Source: Alphaproteobacteria bacterium (lineage in GTDB: Bacteria; Pseudomonadota; Alphaproteobacteria; Rs-D84). Taken from it: a stretch of 64,000 bases of DNA. Within the stretch, counting starts at the first letter, position 1; every line of letters starts with the position of its first letter. The stretch spans positions 34,037-98,036 of the forward strand of contig JAKSTC010000002.1 in NCBI GenBank assembly GCA_024402765.1. Reading direction: 5' to 3'. Position numbers and translations under genes: made by a program. The notes below the pieces were generated by a model. That model worked only from the letters and a program-made list of their open reading frames with translations. It was not told the origin of the DNA and searched no databases. This document shows positions 7,122 to 17,390 of this stretch, piece by piece.

Positions 7122-10106
7122 ATGATACGACAATCAAAAACTACCTTGAAAGAATTGAGTGCACAATATCGTTCGGTTCTTAAAAAATGCGCATTATTAA
7201 ATGCCATGGCTTTAGTATCTGTCGCTGTCGCGGCGCCTGCAGGAGCAAGTGAAGTTCCTTTTCTTACTAAAAATGATCAAGTACTATCTGGAACATACAG
7301 CAATTATACAAATACTGATAAAACATTAGCTGGTGTTGCCACAATTAATTATGATACCACAGGTGTCAGAATTGCTGATAATACTACATTTACAAACAAT
7401 GCTACTCAAAACAGTACTAGTGCTGGTGGAGCCATAAAAGCTTTAAATGGTTTTACTGGTGGTGATGGTATCAAATTTAATGGTAATGAGGCTTTTGATG
7501 ATGCATGGGGTGGTGGTGCAATGTATATCAAATTAGCAAATGGAACCACCGCTTCACAAACAGATAGCGTTCAATTAGGAGAAAATGCCGAATTTATTGG
7601 AAATAAATCAAATGTAGGTGGTGCTATTGCTCTTGAATATGGTAATTTAACAATTGGCGAAGGGACCATTTTTGATTCTAATACTGCCACAGATGGAGAC
7701 AAACAAAGAGGTGGTGCTATTGCAATGTGGCGTGATGCTGGTCCAGAAGATAAGCATTCTACATTAACTTTAAATGGTGTCTCCTTTAAGAATAACCAAG
7801 CAGGAAGTTTGGGTGGAGCAATCTTTAACGAAGATCCAAATGCAACAGTTACTATAAATGAAAATAGTTCTTTCAAAAATAATACAGCCAAAAGAGGTGG
7901 TGCTATTTATAATGCAGGAACAACTACTGTAAACAATAGTGAATTTAATAAAAATACCGCCACTCAATATGGTGGTGCTATTTTTGTAGCTTCAGGAACA
8001 CTTGATGTTAATAATTCTACTTTTACAGAAAATAATGGTGGGGTTATCGGTGGTGCTATTTCTGACGTATTTAACGTTTTAAATACTCTTAATATTAACG
8101 AAGGTACTACATTTACAGGAAACTATGCAACAACTGGTGGTGCAATTGGTGCATACAATGCATTTAATATCAATGGAACCAATGATAACAAAGTCACTTT
8201 CAAGGGTAACCATACAACAGCCGTTGATGATGGTGGTGGTGCTATTGTATTGGGTGCGCATGCTAGAACAACTATTAACAATGCTGTGTTTGAAAATAAC
8301 TATGCTAATTTAGGTGGTGCTATCGCAACGCGACCAAAAGGTGTAGAAGGTGATGCCGCTGCTTCAGCACAAGATAAAGATGGCCACTGGTTGACTATTT
8401 CAAATTCTGAATTTAGAAATAACCGTGCAGATGCCACACTTGTTGGCGGAACAAATGGTTCTACATACACTTATGGTGGTTATAATTTTATTAATGGTGA
8501 CGGCGGTGCTATCTGGAATGGTTTTGATGGAAGTACAATAAACGGAGAAAAACATGAAAATGTTATTACTAACTCCTCTTTTATCGGAAATATAGCAGCC
8601 AATCGTGGTGGTGCTATATTTAATAAAGGTACTTTGAATTTTACTGGAACCAATATCTTCTCTGGTAATAAAGCCAATGGTGTTTTGAATGATATTTATA
8701 ACAGCGGAACGTTAAATATTTCTGGGGATTTAACACTGGACGGTGGTATTACTGGCAATGGAACCATTAAATTTACTGATGCTACAAATTTGGTTGCGCG
8801 GCTTCAAAACATGCCGACTATTAATGCTACTTCGGTAACTGGCGTTGATAAAGTTGCTATTGCAGGACTGATTGCTGAAAATGGTCTTAGTACCAAAGAG
8901 TATGTTTTGATTGATAAAGCCGATGCTGTGTTTGCTAATATTGCAGATAGTGCAAAAGAAAATGCGTTGTATAAATTTGCTATTGGCACAGAAAAAGGTA
9001 GCATATTGGTTACACGTAAATCGGTGGCGGAACAAACAGCCGGTTTGGAAAAGGCAGGTTTAGATTCCAGTGCTGCTAAAACAATTGCTGCGATATCGGC
9101 GCTTAAAACAACCGGTAATGTGGCCGCGGATGCTTTGTTCGCTGATTTAACTGCGGCGGCACAATCAGGCGATACAGAAGCGGCAGAAACAATAAATGAA
9201 GTTGCAAAAACAATTAACCCAGAATCAGAAGCCGTTGCTCAATCTGCTGCGGTCAGCACACAAAATACAATTAATAATTTGACTGCTGGACGTATGGATA
9301 TGGGACGCAATGGCGGTGATCTTAATTTGACATCTGGGGGCGTATGGGTCCAAGGATTGTTTAACAGGGCAAAAAGTGGGGATAAATTCTCGGCTAATAC
9401 ACGTGGTATTTCCGCAGGTATTGATGGAACAATTAACAATGATATTATGTTGGGTATTGGTTATGCATATGGTCATTCTGATGTTTCTGCGAAAACACGT
9501 GATACGGACATTGATAACCATTCTGTGTTCTTATACGGTCAATATAAGCCAACACAATGGTATGCAAATGCAACATTGAATTATACTACATCTGGGTATA
9601 AGGAAAATGGAAGTGTTGCAGGTTTGTTGGCGGTTGATTCAGAATATCGTGCAAATGCGTTTGGTGCAAATGTCGCAACCGGTTATGAATTGCCATTTGG
9701 CTTAACGCCTGAATTGGGTCTGCGTTATTTACACGTCAGAACAAATGATTATACCAATAGTTTGGGCTTTCATACCGATGCCAAAAATACAAATTTCTTG
9801 ACGGGTATTTTGGGTGCGCGTTATGGATTTGATATTGCCGCATCTGATACCTTGTTGATAAGACCAGAATTGAGTGCGGCTGCAAAGTATGATTTGGTAT
9901 CTGATGGTAATACTGCCACAGTTGCGTTGCCTGGAGTTGATGCGTATACGTTGGATGTTGAACGTCTGAAACGCTTTGGTGGCGAATTTGGTGCAGGTTT
10001 AACAATGTCTTATTATGGATTTGATTTGTCTTTGACATATTATATTGATGTTCGTGAAGATTACACATCACAAACAGGTATGGCAAAGTTCAGATATAAT
10101 TTCTAA
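7122..10106 (+). CDS. Autotransporter with a Pmp-like (GGAI / FxxN) passenger and a C-terminal beta-barrel
   Basis: About 12 GGAI motifs by my count (SAGGAIKAL, VGGAIALE, RGGAIAMW ...) interleaved with F(T/K/E)NN. The C-terminal about 280 aa is barrel-like and ends KFRYNF. Extended signal region. An AGGAGA RBS precedes the ATG at 7122. Confidence 0.85.
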   Translation: MIRQSKTTLKELSAQYRSVLKKCALLNAMALVSVAVAAPAGASEVPFLTKNDQVLSGTYSNYTNTDKTLAGVATINYDTTGVRIADNTTFTNNATQNSTSAGGAIKALNGFTGGDGIKFNGNEAFDDAWGGGAMYIKLANGTTASQTDSVQLGENAEFIGNKSNVGGAIALEYGNLTIGEGTIFDSNTATDGDKQRGGAIAMWRDAGPEDKHSTLTLNGVSFKNNQAGSLGGAIFNEDPNATVTINENSSFKNNTAKRGGAIYNAGTTTVNNSEFNKNTATQYGGAIFVASGTLDVNNSTFTENNGGVIGGAISDVFNVLNTLNINEGTTFTGNYATTGGAIGAYNAFNINGTNDNKVTFKGNHTTAVDDGGGAIVLGAHARTTINNAVFENNYANLGGAIATRPKGVEGDAAASAQDKDGHWLTISNSEFRNNRADATLVGGTNGSTYTYGGYNFINGDGGAIWNGFDGSTINGEKHENVITNSSFIGNIAANRGGAIFNKGTLNFTGTNIFSGNKANGVLNDIYNSGTLNISGDLTLDGGITGNGTIKFTDATNLVARLQNMPTINATSVTGVDKVAIAGLIAENGLSTKEYVLIDKADAVFANIADSAKENALYKFAIGTEKGSILVTRKSVAEQTAGLEKAGLDSSAAKTIAAISALKTTGNVAADALFADLTAAAQSGDTEAAETINEVAKTINPESEAVAQSAAVSTQNTINNLTAGRMDMGRNGGDLNLTSGGVWVQGLFNRAKSGDKFSANTRGISAGIDGTINNDIMLGIGYAYGHSDVSAKTRDTDIDNHSVFLYGQYKPTQWYANATLNYTTSGYKENGSVAGLLAVDSEYRANAFGANVATGYELPFGLTPELGLRYLHVRTNDYTNSLGFHTDAKNTNFLTGILGARYGFDIAASDTLLIRPELSAAAKYDLVSDGNTATVALPGVDAYTLDVERLKRFGGEFGAGLTMSYYGFDLSLTYYIDVREDYTSQTGMAKFRYNF

Positions 10107-10124
10107 ACTGACATTTGTAAAAAT

Positions 10125-10150
10125 AAAACCGCCAAAATGGCGGTTTTATT
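10125..10150. terminator. Bidirectional terminator between the autotransporter gene and ccrM
   Basis: aaaccgcca-aaa-tggcggttt hairpin with flanking A and T runs. Confidence 0.6.
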
Positions 10151-11282
10151 ATGCAACCTGTTTAAGTTCTGTTTTAATATTACGTATATATTTGCGTAAA
10201 TCGTCAATAGGAACCAATGTCCCATCGCGTTTTTGCACAGACCAATAATCCCAACCATTAAAACTGACACTATGTTGTATACGTGCAGCCATAATATGAA
10301 TTGATGCCTTGCCATACATGGGGTGCGCCAGTTGGGCATCCTTGGTAATAATGGCGCGTTCGCCATTTGGTGCAACCAATGTTTGACCGACACACAATAA
10401 ACCCGCATCAATCAATTCGCGGAAAGCAATACGGACTTCTTCGCGTTTGGGGGCTGAAACCTCTATATCAGATAAATCAATTGGAACAATTTGTTCAACG
10501 CGTTTGCGGGCGGCAGCGACATATTTTTTATCGCGTTCAAACCCAATAAAATTACGTCCTAATTCTTTGGCCGCGGCGGCGGTTGTGCCGGAACCCATAA
10601 ATGGATCCAGAATAATATCACCCGCTTTTGTTGATGATAAAATCACACGACGTAATAATTCCATCGGTTTTTGTGTGTTGTGCAGGCTTTTGCCGGTTTC
10701 ATCCTTGATTCTTTCGTGCCCCAGACAAATGTCAATATCCCAATTAGAACGCATTTGCTTGCCGCCATTTAATTTTTTCATTGTTTCGTAATTAAAGGTA
10801 TATTTGCCGGTCTTGCGCGGTGTTGCCCAGATTAAGGTTTCATGTGCGTTCGTAAATCGGGTGCCGCGAAAGTTTGGCATAGGATTTGTTTTTACCCAAA
10901 CAACATCATTTAAAATCCAGAACCCCAGATCCTGTAAAATTGCACCAACACGGAAAATGTTATGATAAGACCCAATAACCCAAATTGAACCATCTGGTTT
11001 TAAAACGCGTTTGCATTGTGTTAGCCACGCACGTGTAAATTCGTCATATTTTTCAGGTGATTCAAACGCGTCCCATGTGTCACGAACCGCACGCGCAGCG
11101 GTTTGATCTTCGGGTCGATATAATGTTTTTTCGCCCAGTTGCAGATTATATGGGGAATCAGCAAATATTGCATCAACACTGCCATCGGGAACACCCTGCA
11201 TCAGTTCGACACAATCGCCATTTAAGATTTGATTTAAGTATTTTTCCACTTTCTCTCTTTCCCCTGATGACCATTTTATCAT
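10149..11282 (-). CDS. ccrM: CcrM-type beta-class N6-adenine DNA methyltransferase
   Basis: Collinear with Caulobacter CcrM as I recall it: FADSPYNL, WVIGSYHNIFRVGAILQDLGFWILNDVVW, NPMPNFRGTRFTNAHETLIWA, HNTQKP, DPFMGSGTT, plus the C-terminal non-catalytic domain. Start is at MIKWSS (ATG 11282). Confidence 0.9.
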   Translation of the reverse strand: MIKWSSGEREKVEKYLNQILNGDCVELMQGVPDGSVDAIFADSPYNLQLGEKTLYRPEDQTAARAVRDTWDAFESPEKYDEFTRAWLTQCKRVLKPDGSIWVIGSYHNIFRVGAILQDLGFWILNDVVWVKTNPMPNFRGTRFTNAHETLIWATPRKTGKYTFNYETMKKLNGGKQMRSNWDIDICLGHERIKDETGKSLHNTQKPMELLRRVILSSTKAGDIILDPFMGSGTTAAAAKELGRNFIGFERDKKYVAAARKRVEQIVPIDLSDIEVSAPKREEVRIAFRELIDAGLLCVGQTLVAPNGERAIITKDAQLAHPMYGKASIHIMAARIQHSVSFNGWDYWSVQKRDGTLVPIDDLRKYIRNIKTELKQVA

Positions 11283-11412
11283 ATTTTGGGGTTTAAAAAT
11301 TTGCCATAGATGAAAAAAAATGAAAAAAATGTCTTGATTTTTATAAAAAAGCACATTTTTTACATATAAATTATACTTGCAAGATGGTATTTTCGTTGCT
11401 ACTGTTATGGGT

Positions 11413-11913
11413 ATGAGATGTCCATACTGTAATTCCAGTGATAGCAGAGTGGCTGATTCCCGCCCTGATACAGAAGACGCGGTTATACGCCGTCGTCGTG
11501 TGTGCAATCAATGTGGTGCAAAATTCACAACGGTGGAACGAATTCAAATGCGTGATTTGGTTGTTGTCAAAAATAGTGGTAAGCAAGAACCTTTTGATCG
11601 CGAAAAACTGCGTCGTAGTATTAAATTAGCATGTCGAAATCGTGATGTTGGGGATGAACAGATTGAACGTTTGGTTGCGTCTATTCAGCGCAGGTTGGAA
11701 ACAGATAGTATGGATGATACGGTTACAAGTGTCGCAGTTGGGCAAATGGTTTCTGATTCTTTATTAAATTTGGACCCAATTGCTTTTATTCGGTTTGTTT
11801 CTGTGTATCGTAAGTTTTCAAAGGTTTCAGATTTTAAAAAGATAATAGATAAAATTCCAGAGGCGGACGAAGGTGCCCAGGTGTGCCCGTTACCAAAAAC
11901 ATCATTGTTCTGA
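11413..11913 (+). CDS. nrdR: NrdR transcriptional repressor
   Basis: MRCPYCNSSDSRVADSR...CNQCGAKFTTVE zinc ribbon followed by an ATP-cone. Confidence 0.9.
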   Translation: MRCPYCNSSDSRVADSRPDTEDAVIRRRRVCNQCGAKFTTVERIQMRDLVVVKNSGKQEPFDREKLRRSIKLACRNRDVGDEQIERLVASIQRRLETDSMDDTVTSVAVGQMVSDSLLNLDPIAFIRFVSVYRKFSKVSDFKKIIDKIPEADEGAQVCPLPKTSLF

Positions 11914-11918
11914 TAAAT

Positions 11919-13643
11919 ATGAAAAAAATATTGATTGTTTTATTTGCAATGTTTTTGCCCCTGACGGTATGCGCCCGGGTTGATATTGATGTGTTAAGTG
12001 ATTCTGATGCAGAAGTATATGAACAAATTTTCTTACTTCAATCCAAAGAAAAAATAGATGCAGCGCAAAGATTGGAAGCTAAATTGTCGGACCCATTGTT
12101 GATGAATGAAGTTTTATATCAGCGTTACATTTCAAAAACTTATCATACCCGTGGGGCAGAGGTTGTGGATTGGATGAAACATTTTTATGATATGCCCGGG
12201 GCACAACGCATGGAAAAGTTGGCATCAATAAAACAAGTGTCTGTGCGTAAGCCATCTGTACCTGCAATTTTGTCAGGTGGGGCATCTATTGAAACAGCAC
12301 AATCAGAAACATGGACACAAAAAAAATATACAGGAAACACAGATAAAAATATTACTGCCTTTAAACGTGCCATTCGTAATGGCAGTACGAAAACAGCCAG
12401 ATTGATATTAGAAGACAAAAGTTTTAAGAATAAATTAACTGATTCTGATTATGGACGCTTGGCAGGTCGTTTGGCGTATTTGTATTATACAAATGGTGAA
12501 TTTGAATTAGCAAAAAAATGGGGCTTTGTGTCGTCCGATGCGCGTAGTGAATATGGCTTGTGGACGATGGGTTTGTTATATTACAAAGAAGATAAATTCG
12601 CCGAGAGTGAAAAATATTTTAGTAAAATTTTAGATTTAAAACAAATTAATAACGCCCGTAAAACAGAGGCGGCATTTTGGGCGGGACGTGCAGCAGATGC
12701 AAATGGTGATAGGCGTGCGGCAAAAGAGTATTGGAAAATTGGTGCTACGCATCCAATGGCTTTCTATGGCGCATTGTCCGCTACAATGTTGGGTGAAAGT
12801 CCAGAATATGAGTTTTTTGATCAAGATGTTACCCAGGATGATATTGATGAACTGCGTGAAACAAAATATGGTATGATGGCATTGGCACTGTTGCAAATAC
12901 ATCAATCACAACGAGCAGAAGAATACTTAAAATATATGATTACATCAAAAGCATCTGATAAAACTTTGCACGCAATTAATTCTGTGTCTACATCGTATGG
13001 ATTGCCTCGTGTCGCGATTCAGGTTTCAGGTGTTGTCAAAGATAGGGGCATTTTAGAAATTGATGGTGATATTATTTATTCTGCACAATATCCGTTGCCT
13101 GATTGGGAACCAATGGGCGGATGGTCTATTGATAGGGCATTATTGTTGGCAATTACAAAACAGGAAAGTGGTTTCAAACCAAATGCAAAATCTAATGTAG
13201 GTGCAAACGGATTAATGCAAATTATGCCCAGTACTGCGAAACGTATTGCCAAAAAGAATAACGTAAAGATGTCTGAAATAGATATGTCAAAACCAGAACA
13301 TAATATGTTTTTGGGTCAGCAATATATCGTTGATTTATTGGCGCATCCTGGCATAAATAATAATATTATAAAAATGTTTGTTGCGTATAATTCTGGCATG
13401 AAAACTTTAATTGATTTTGAAAAGCATTTTAGCACATATGATCCGTTGTTATATATTGAAAGTTTCCCTGTGTATGAAACCAGAAATTATATTAAACGTG
13501 TTATGTCTAATTTGTGGTTGTATCGTGCGCGATTGAATCAGCCACTTACTTCGATGCAGGAATTGGCAAATGGTCAATGGCCGTTGTATAACAGCGAAGA
13601 TGCCTATGTCCAAAAACAGATATTAGATAGAATGTCAATATAA
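11919..13643 (+). CDS. Soluble lytic murein transglycosylase (Slt family)
   Basis: Signal peptide, then a helical repeat region. SLT domain AITKQESGFKPNAKSNVGANGLMQIMPSTA ... AYNSG. Confidence 0.8.
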   Translation: MKKILIVLFAMFLPLTVCARVDIDVLSDSDAEVYEQIFLLQSKEKIDAAQRLEAKLSDPLLMNEVLYQRYISKTYHTRGAEVVDWMKHFYDMPGAQRMEKLASIKQVSVRKPSVPAILSGGASIETAQSETWTQKKYTGNTDKNITAFKRAIRNGSTKTARLILEDKSFKNKLTDSDYGRLAGRLAYLYYTNGEFELAKKWGFVSSDARSEYGLWTMGLLYYKEDKFAESEKYFSKILDLKQINNARKTEAAFWAGRAADANGDRRAAKEYWKIGATHPMAFYGALSATMLGESPEYEFFDQDVTQDDIDELRETKYGMMALALLQIHQSQRAEEYLKYMITSKASDKTLHAINSVSTSYGLPRVAIQVSGVVKDRGILEIDGDIIYSAQYPLPDWEPMGGWSIDRALLLAITKQESGFKPNAKSNVGANGLMQIMPSTAKRIAKKNNVKMSEIDMSKPEHNMFLGQQYIVDLLAHPGINNNIIKMFVAYNSGMKTLIDFEKHFSTYDPLLYIESFPVYETRNYIKRVMSNLWLYRARLNQPLTSMQELANGQWPLYNSEDAYVQKQILDRMSI

Positions 13644-14266
13644 TGCGAACAAACCCTGATTTTTCAATAGAGCAAGAATGTGGAATAAGTAAAATTGCAG
13701 GCTGTGATGAAGCAGGTCGTGGACCGTTGTGCGGGCCTGTTGTCGCAGCGGCAGTAATATTCCCATCTTTTGATATTGATATCCCGGTTGTTATTCGTGA
13801 TTCAAAACAGATGACCCAGAAAATGCGCGCAGAGGCGGTTCGGTGGATAAAAGAAAATACTGTTTGGGCGGTCGGTATGTGCAGTCCCCAGGAAATTGAT
13901 GCAATGAATATTTTGCATGCATCGATGGAGGCTATGCGACGGGCGATTGATGGGTTGTCAACGAAACCTGATTTTTGTTTGATTGATGGTAATCGTATGC
14001 CACAAAATGTTATTGGACGTGCGGTGGTCAAAGGGGATGCAAAATCATTATCCATTGCGGCGGCGTCTATTATCGCAAAAGAAACACGTGATAAAATTAT
14101 GTGTGATTTAGCGCAACAATATCCGCAATATGGTTGGGATAAAAATGCGGGCTATCCGACAGGGGACCATTTGCGTGCGATTGAAAAATATGGTATAAAT
14201 GATTGCTATAGAAAGACTTATAAACCAGTAAGGGAAAGGATTCAAAATGAAACTGCGCATGATTGA
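13643..14266 (+). CDS. rnhB: Ribonuclease HII
   Basis: AGCDEAGRGPLCGPVVAAAV and DSKQM motifs. The start overlaps the slt stop (TAATG). Confidence 0.9.
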   Translation: MRTNPDFSIEQECGISKIAGCDEAGRGPLCGPVVAAAVIFPSFDIDIPVVIRDSKQMTQKMRAEAVRWIKENTVWAVGMCSPQEIDAMNILHASMEAMRRAIDGLSTKPDFCLIDGNRMPQNVIGRAVVKGDAKSLSIAAASIIAKETRDKIMCDLAQQYPQYGWDKNAGYPTGDHLRAIEKYGINDCYRKTYKPVRERIQNETAHD

Positions 14267-15416
14267 TAATTTAGATGTCTGGGGTAAATACGTTTTGTTG
14301 CGTGATGATTTGAATGTTCAGATTGTTGATGACAAAATCACAGATGTTTTTCGTATAGAACAAAGTATGCAGACTATTAATAAATTGCGTAATGCGGGTG
14401 CGCGTGTCGTTATATGTTCACATTTGGGACAACCCAAAGGGGCTGTTGTTCCAGAATTATCGTTAAAACCGATTGCTGAATATATGGATGTTCCATTTAT
14501 AGATGATTGTTTAAATCGTGATTTTATGTCGGGTATGAAAAATGGCGATGTGGTGCTATTGGAAAATCTGCGTTTTTATTCAGGTGAAGAAAATAATGAT
14601 GATGAATTTGCTACACAACTGGCATCTGGTTTTGATTTGTTTGTAAATGATGCGTTTGCTGTTTCACACCGCGCTAGCGCCAGTACTGTTGGTGTAACAA
14701 AAATTTTGCCGTCCTATGCGGGTGATTTATTAAAGTCAGAGGTGGAAAACATATCGCGTGTTTTGGAAAATCCGAATCGTCCTTTATTAGCAATGGTCGG
14801 TGGCAGCAAGGTTTCAACCAAGATTGGTGTGTTGAAATCATTATGTAAATTGGCAGATTGTGTCATTGTTGGTGGTGCGTTGGGAACGACTTTTGCCTAT
14901 GCGACCGGACATAATGTTGGCGATTCGTTGTATGAACCAGAGCAGAAAGATGTCGCATTGGAAATAATGCGATATGCACAGGAAAATAATTGTGAATTCT
15001 TGTTGCCATTGGATAAGGGTGTCGCGGACAGATTTGAAAAAACGGCGACAAGAAAAAATAAATCAATCGATAGTATTTTGGACACAGATGTTATTATTGA
15101 TGATGGCGTTGAAACAACTGCGCGGAATATTGATAAAATAAATTCTGTATCCACTGTGATTTGGAATGGAACCTTTGGTATGGCAGAGTGGGGCGATACC
15201 TGGGGATATTCAACATTTAATGTCGCAAAAGCTATCGCAAAGCAGACCAAAACGGGTAAATTAATCAGTATTGTTGGTGGCGGTGATACGGTTGCTGCGC
15301 TGGATGTGGTGGGGGTTAGGGATAATATGACCTATGTTTCAACGGGCGGTGGGGCATTCCTTGAATTTGTTGAAAATGGGATTTTGCCGGCGATATCTGT
15401 GCTGATTGATGGGTAA
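14247..15416 (+). CDS. pgk: Phosphoglycerate kinase
   Basis: LRDDLNV, NDAFAVSHRASAST, GGGDTVAA, STGGGAFLEF. Confidence 0.9.
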   Translation: MKLRMIDNLDVWGKYVLLRDDLNVQIVDDKITDVFRIEQSMQTINKLRNAGARVVICSHLGQPKGAVVPELSLKPIAEYMDVPFIDDCLNRDFMSGMKNGDVVLLENLRFYSGEENNDDEFATQLASGFDLFVNDAFAVSHRASASTVGVTKILPSYAGDLLKSEVENISRVLENPNRPLLAMVGGSKVSTKIGVLKSLCKLADCVIVGGALGTTFAYATGHNVGDSLYEPEQKDVALEIMRYAQENNCEFLLPLDKGVADRFEKTATRKNKSIDSILDTDVIIDDGVETTARNIDKINSVSTVIWNGTFGMAEWGDTWGYSTFNVAKAIAKQTKTGKLISIVGGGDTVAALDVVGVRDNMTYVSTGGGAFLEFVENGILPAISVLIDG

Positions 15417-15497
15417 ATTATATATTTTTTAATCATAAATTCGCGAATCGGTTTTTTTTGTGCTATCATTAAAGTAATTAAACACAAGGATTTTATT

Positions 15498-16079
15498 ATG
15501 TCATTAATACCTATGGTTATAGAAGAGTCGCCACGTGGTGAACGTTCTTTTGATATTTATTCGCGTTTGTTGCGCGATAGAATTGTTATGATTTCAGGTC
15601 AAATTGAACCAGGGATGGCAAATGTCGTTGTTGCACAGTTGCTGTTTTTGGAATCTGAAAACCCAAATGCAGATATTTCTGTGTATATTAATTCCCCTGG
15701 GGGTGATGTTTCTGCAGGTTGGGCAATTATGGACACAATGCAGTATATTAAATCGCCGGTATCGACAATTGGTATGGGGTTGGTTGCATCCATGGGATCT
15801 GTATTATTGGCGGCAGGAACAAAGGGCAAACGTTTCGTGTTGCCAAATACCCAGATTATGATACATCAACCAATGGCGGGGGCAGAGGGTCAGATTACCG
15901 ATATGGAAATTCGTATGGCTCAATATCAGAAAAATAAAAAGACATTGATTAAACAGATGGCTGAATTTACAGGGCGTAAAGAAAAAGAATTGTTCGAAGC
16001 AATGGAACGTGATAATTGGATGTGCCCACAAGAAGCAAAAGATTTCGGTTTGATTGATGGTATTTTGACACGTAAATAA
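15498..16079 (+). CDS. clpP: ATP-dependent Clp protease proteolytic subunit
   Basis: [30 protein letters not shown]. Confidence 0.95.
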   Translation: MSLIPMVIEESPRGERSFDIYSRLLRDRIVMISGQIEPGMANVVVAQLLFLESENPNADISVYINSPGGDVSAGWAIMDTMQYIKSPVSTIGMGLVASMGSVLLAAGTKGKRFVLPNTQIMIHQPMAGAEGQITDMEIRMAQYQKNKKTLIKQMAEFTGRKEKELFEAMERDNWMCPQEAKDFGLIDGILTRK

Positions 16080-16098
16080 TACAGGGGTTTGGAAAGAG

Positions 16099-17361
16099 AT
16101 GACAGATACAAAAGCAACAGCAACACCAGATAAACAAAATCAGTTTTGTAGTTTTTGTGGCAAGGCTGTATACGAAGTAAAAAAATTAGTTAGTGGACGT
16201 AATGTCTGTATTTGTGATGAGTGCATTAGTCTGTGCAACGATATTATGGCTGATGATTTAAAGGGGACAATAAATCGTGATACAACTAAACTACCAACAC
16301 CACACCAGATTTATGATTTCTTGAACGAATATATCATTGGCCAGGATGAAGCAAAACGGACTTTGGCGGTGGCAGTTTATAATCATTATAAACGTCATAC
16401 TGTTGCAACGAATTCCGATGTTGAAATTCAAAAATCAAATGTTTTATTGATTGGTCCAACAGGAACAGGTAAAACATTATTTGCCCAAACTTTGGCACGT
16501 ATTTTAGATGTGCCATTTGCAATCGCAGATGCAACCACTTTGACAGAGGCAGGTTATGTCGGTGATGATGTTGAAAGTGTTTTGACGCGTTTGTTACAAA
16601 ATGCAAACTTTGATGTTGAAAGGGCAGGTCGCGGAATTATTTACATTGATGAAATAGATAAAATTTCACGCAAATCTGAAAACCCATCATTAACGCGTGA
16701 TGTTTCTGGTGAAGGTGTGCAACAGGCATTGTTGAAATTAATCGAAGGAACGGTTGCAAATGTTCCGGCCAGTGGTGCCGGCCGTAAACACCCCGGGGAA
16801 GCAACGGTTCAGTTGGATACGAGTAAAATTTTATTCATTTGCGGTGGTGCGTTTGACGGGTTAAATAAAATAATTTGCAACCGTAGTGCCGAACGTGTTG
16901 GTATTGGTTTTGGTGCGAATATAGAATCACGCAAAGAACGTGAATCTAAAAATTATTTGTCCGATGTTCAACCGTCTGATTTGGTAAAGTTTGGAATTAT
17001 TCCAGAATTGATTGGTCGTTTGCCAATAATTACAACTTTGCAAGATTTAGACGAATCTGCATTGGTAAAGATATTAACAGAACCGAAAAACGCGATTGTG
17101 AAACAGTTTACAGCGATGCTGGGTTTGGATGATGTAAAACTAACCATTACCAAAGATGGTTTGGCAGAGATTGCAAAAATGGCGGTTGCACGTAAAACAG
17201 GTGCACGTGGTTTGCGTAGCATATTGGAAAAGATATTATTGCAACCAATGTTTGATGCACCTGATAAATCAGATTTGAAAGAAATTGTTATAGACAAAGA
17301 TGTTGTTTTAGGTAAAAAGAAACCAGTAGAAATTTTTGCCGAATCAAAAAAAGTTGCATAA
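16099..17361 (+). CDS. clpX: ClpX unfoldase
   Basis: N-terminal zinc finger CSFCGK...CICDEC, Walker [18 protein letters not shown]. Confidence 0.95.
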   Translation: MTDTKATATPDKQNQFCSFCGKAVYEVKKLVSGRNVCICDECISLCNDIMADDLKGTINRDTTKLPTPHQIYDFLNEYIIGQDEAKRTLAVAVYNHYKRHTVATNSDVEIQKSNVLLIGPTGTGKTLFAQTLARILDVPFAIADATTLTEAGYVGDDVESVLTRLLQNANFDVERAGRGIIYIDEIDKISRKSENPSLTRDVSGEGVQQALLKLIEGTVANVPASGAGRKHPGEATVQLDTSKILFICGGAFDGLNKIICNRSAERVGIGFGANIESRKERESKNYLSDVQPSDLVKFGIIPELIGRLPIITTLQDLDESALVKILTEPKNAIVKQFTAMLGLDDVKLTITKDGLAEIAKMAVARKTGARGLRSILEKILLQPMFDAPDKSDLKEIVIDKDVVLGKKKPVEIFAESKKVA

Positions 17362-17365
17362 ATAA

Positions 17366-17390
17366 AAAACACCTGTTTAGGTGTTTTTTA
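17366..17390. terminator. Bidirectional terminator (clpX / Cys-rich gene A)
   Basis: aacacct-gttt-aggtgtt hairpin flanked by an A-run and a T-run. Confidence 0.6.

Noticed and set aside
7571-9521. Multiple 60-106-aa antisense and off-frame ORFs inside the autotransporter gene
   Set aside because: They are embedded in a well-supported 995-aa CDS and are byproducts of its repetitive GGT/GCT-rich codons.
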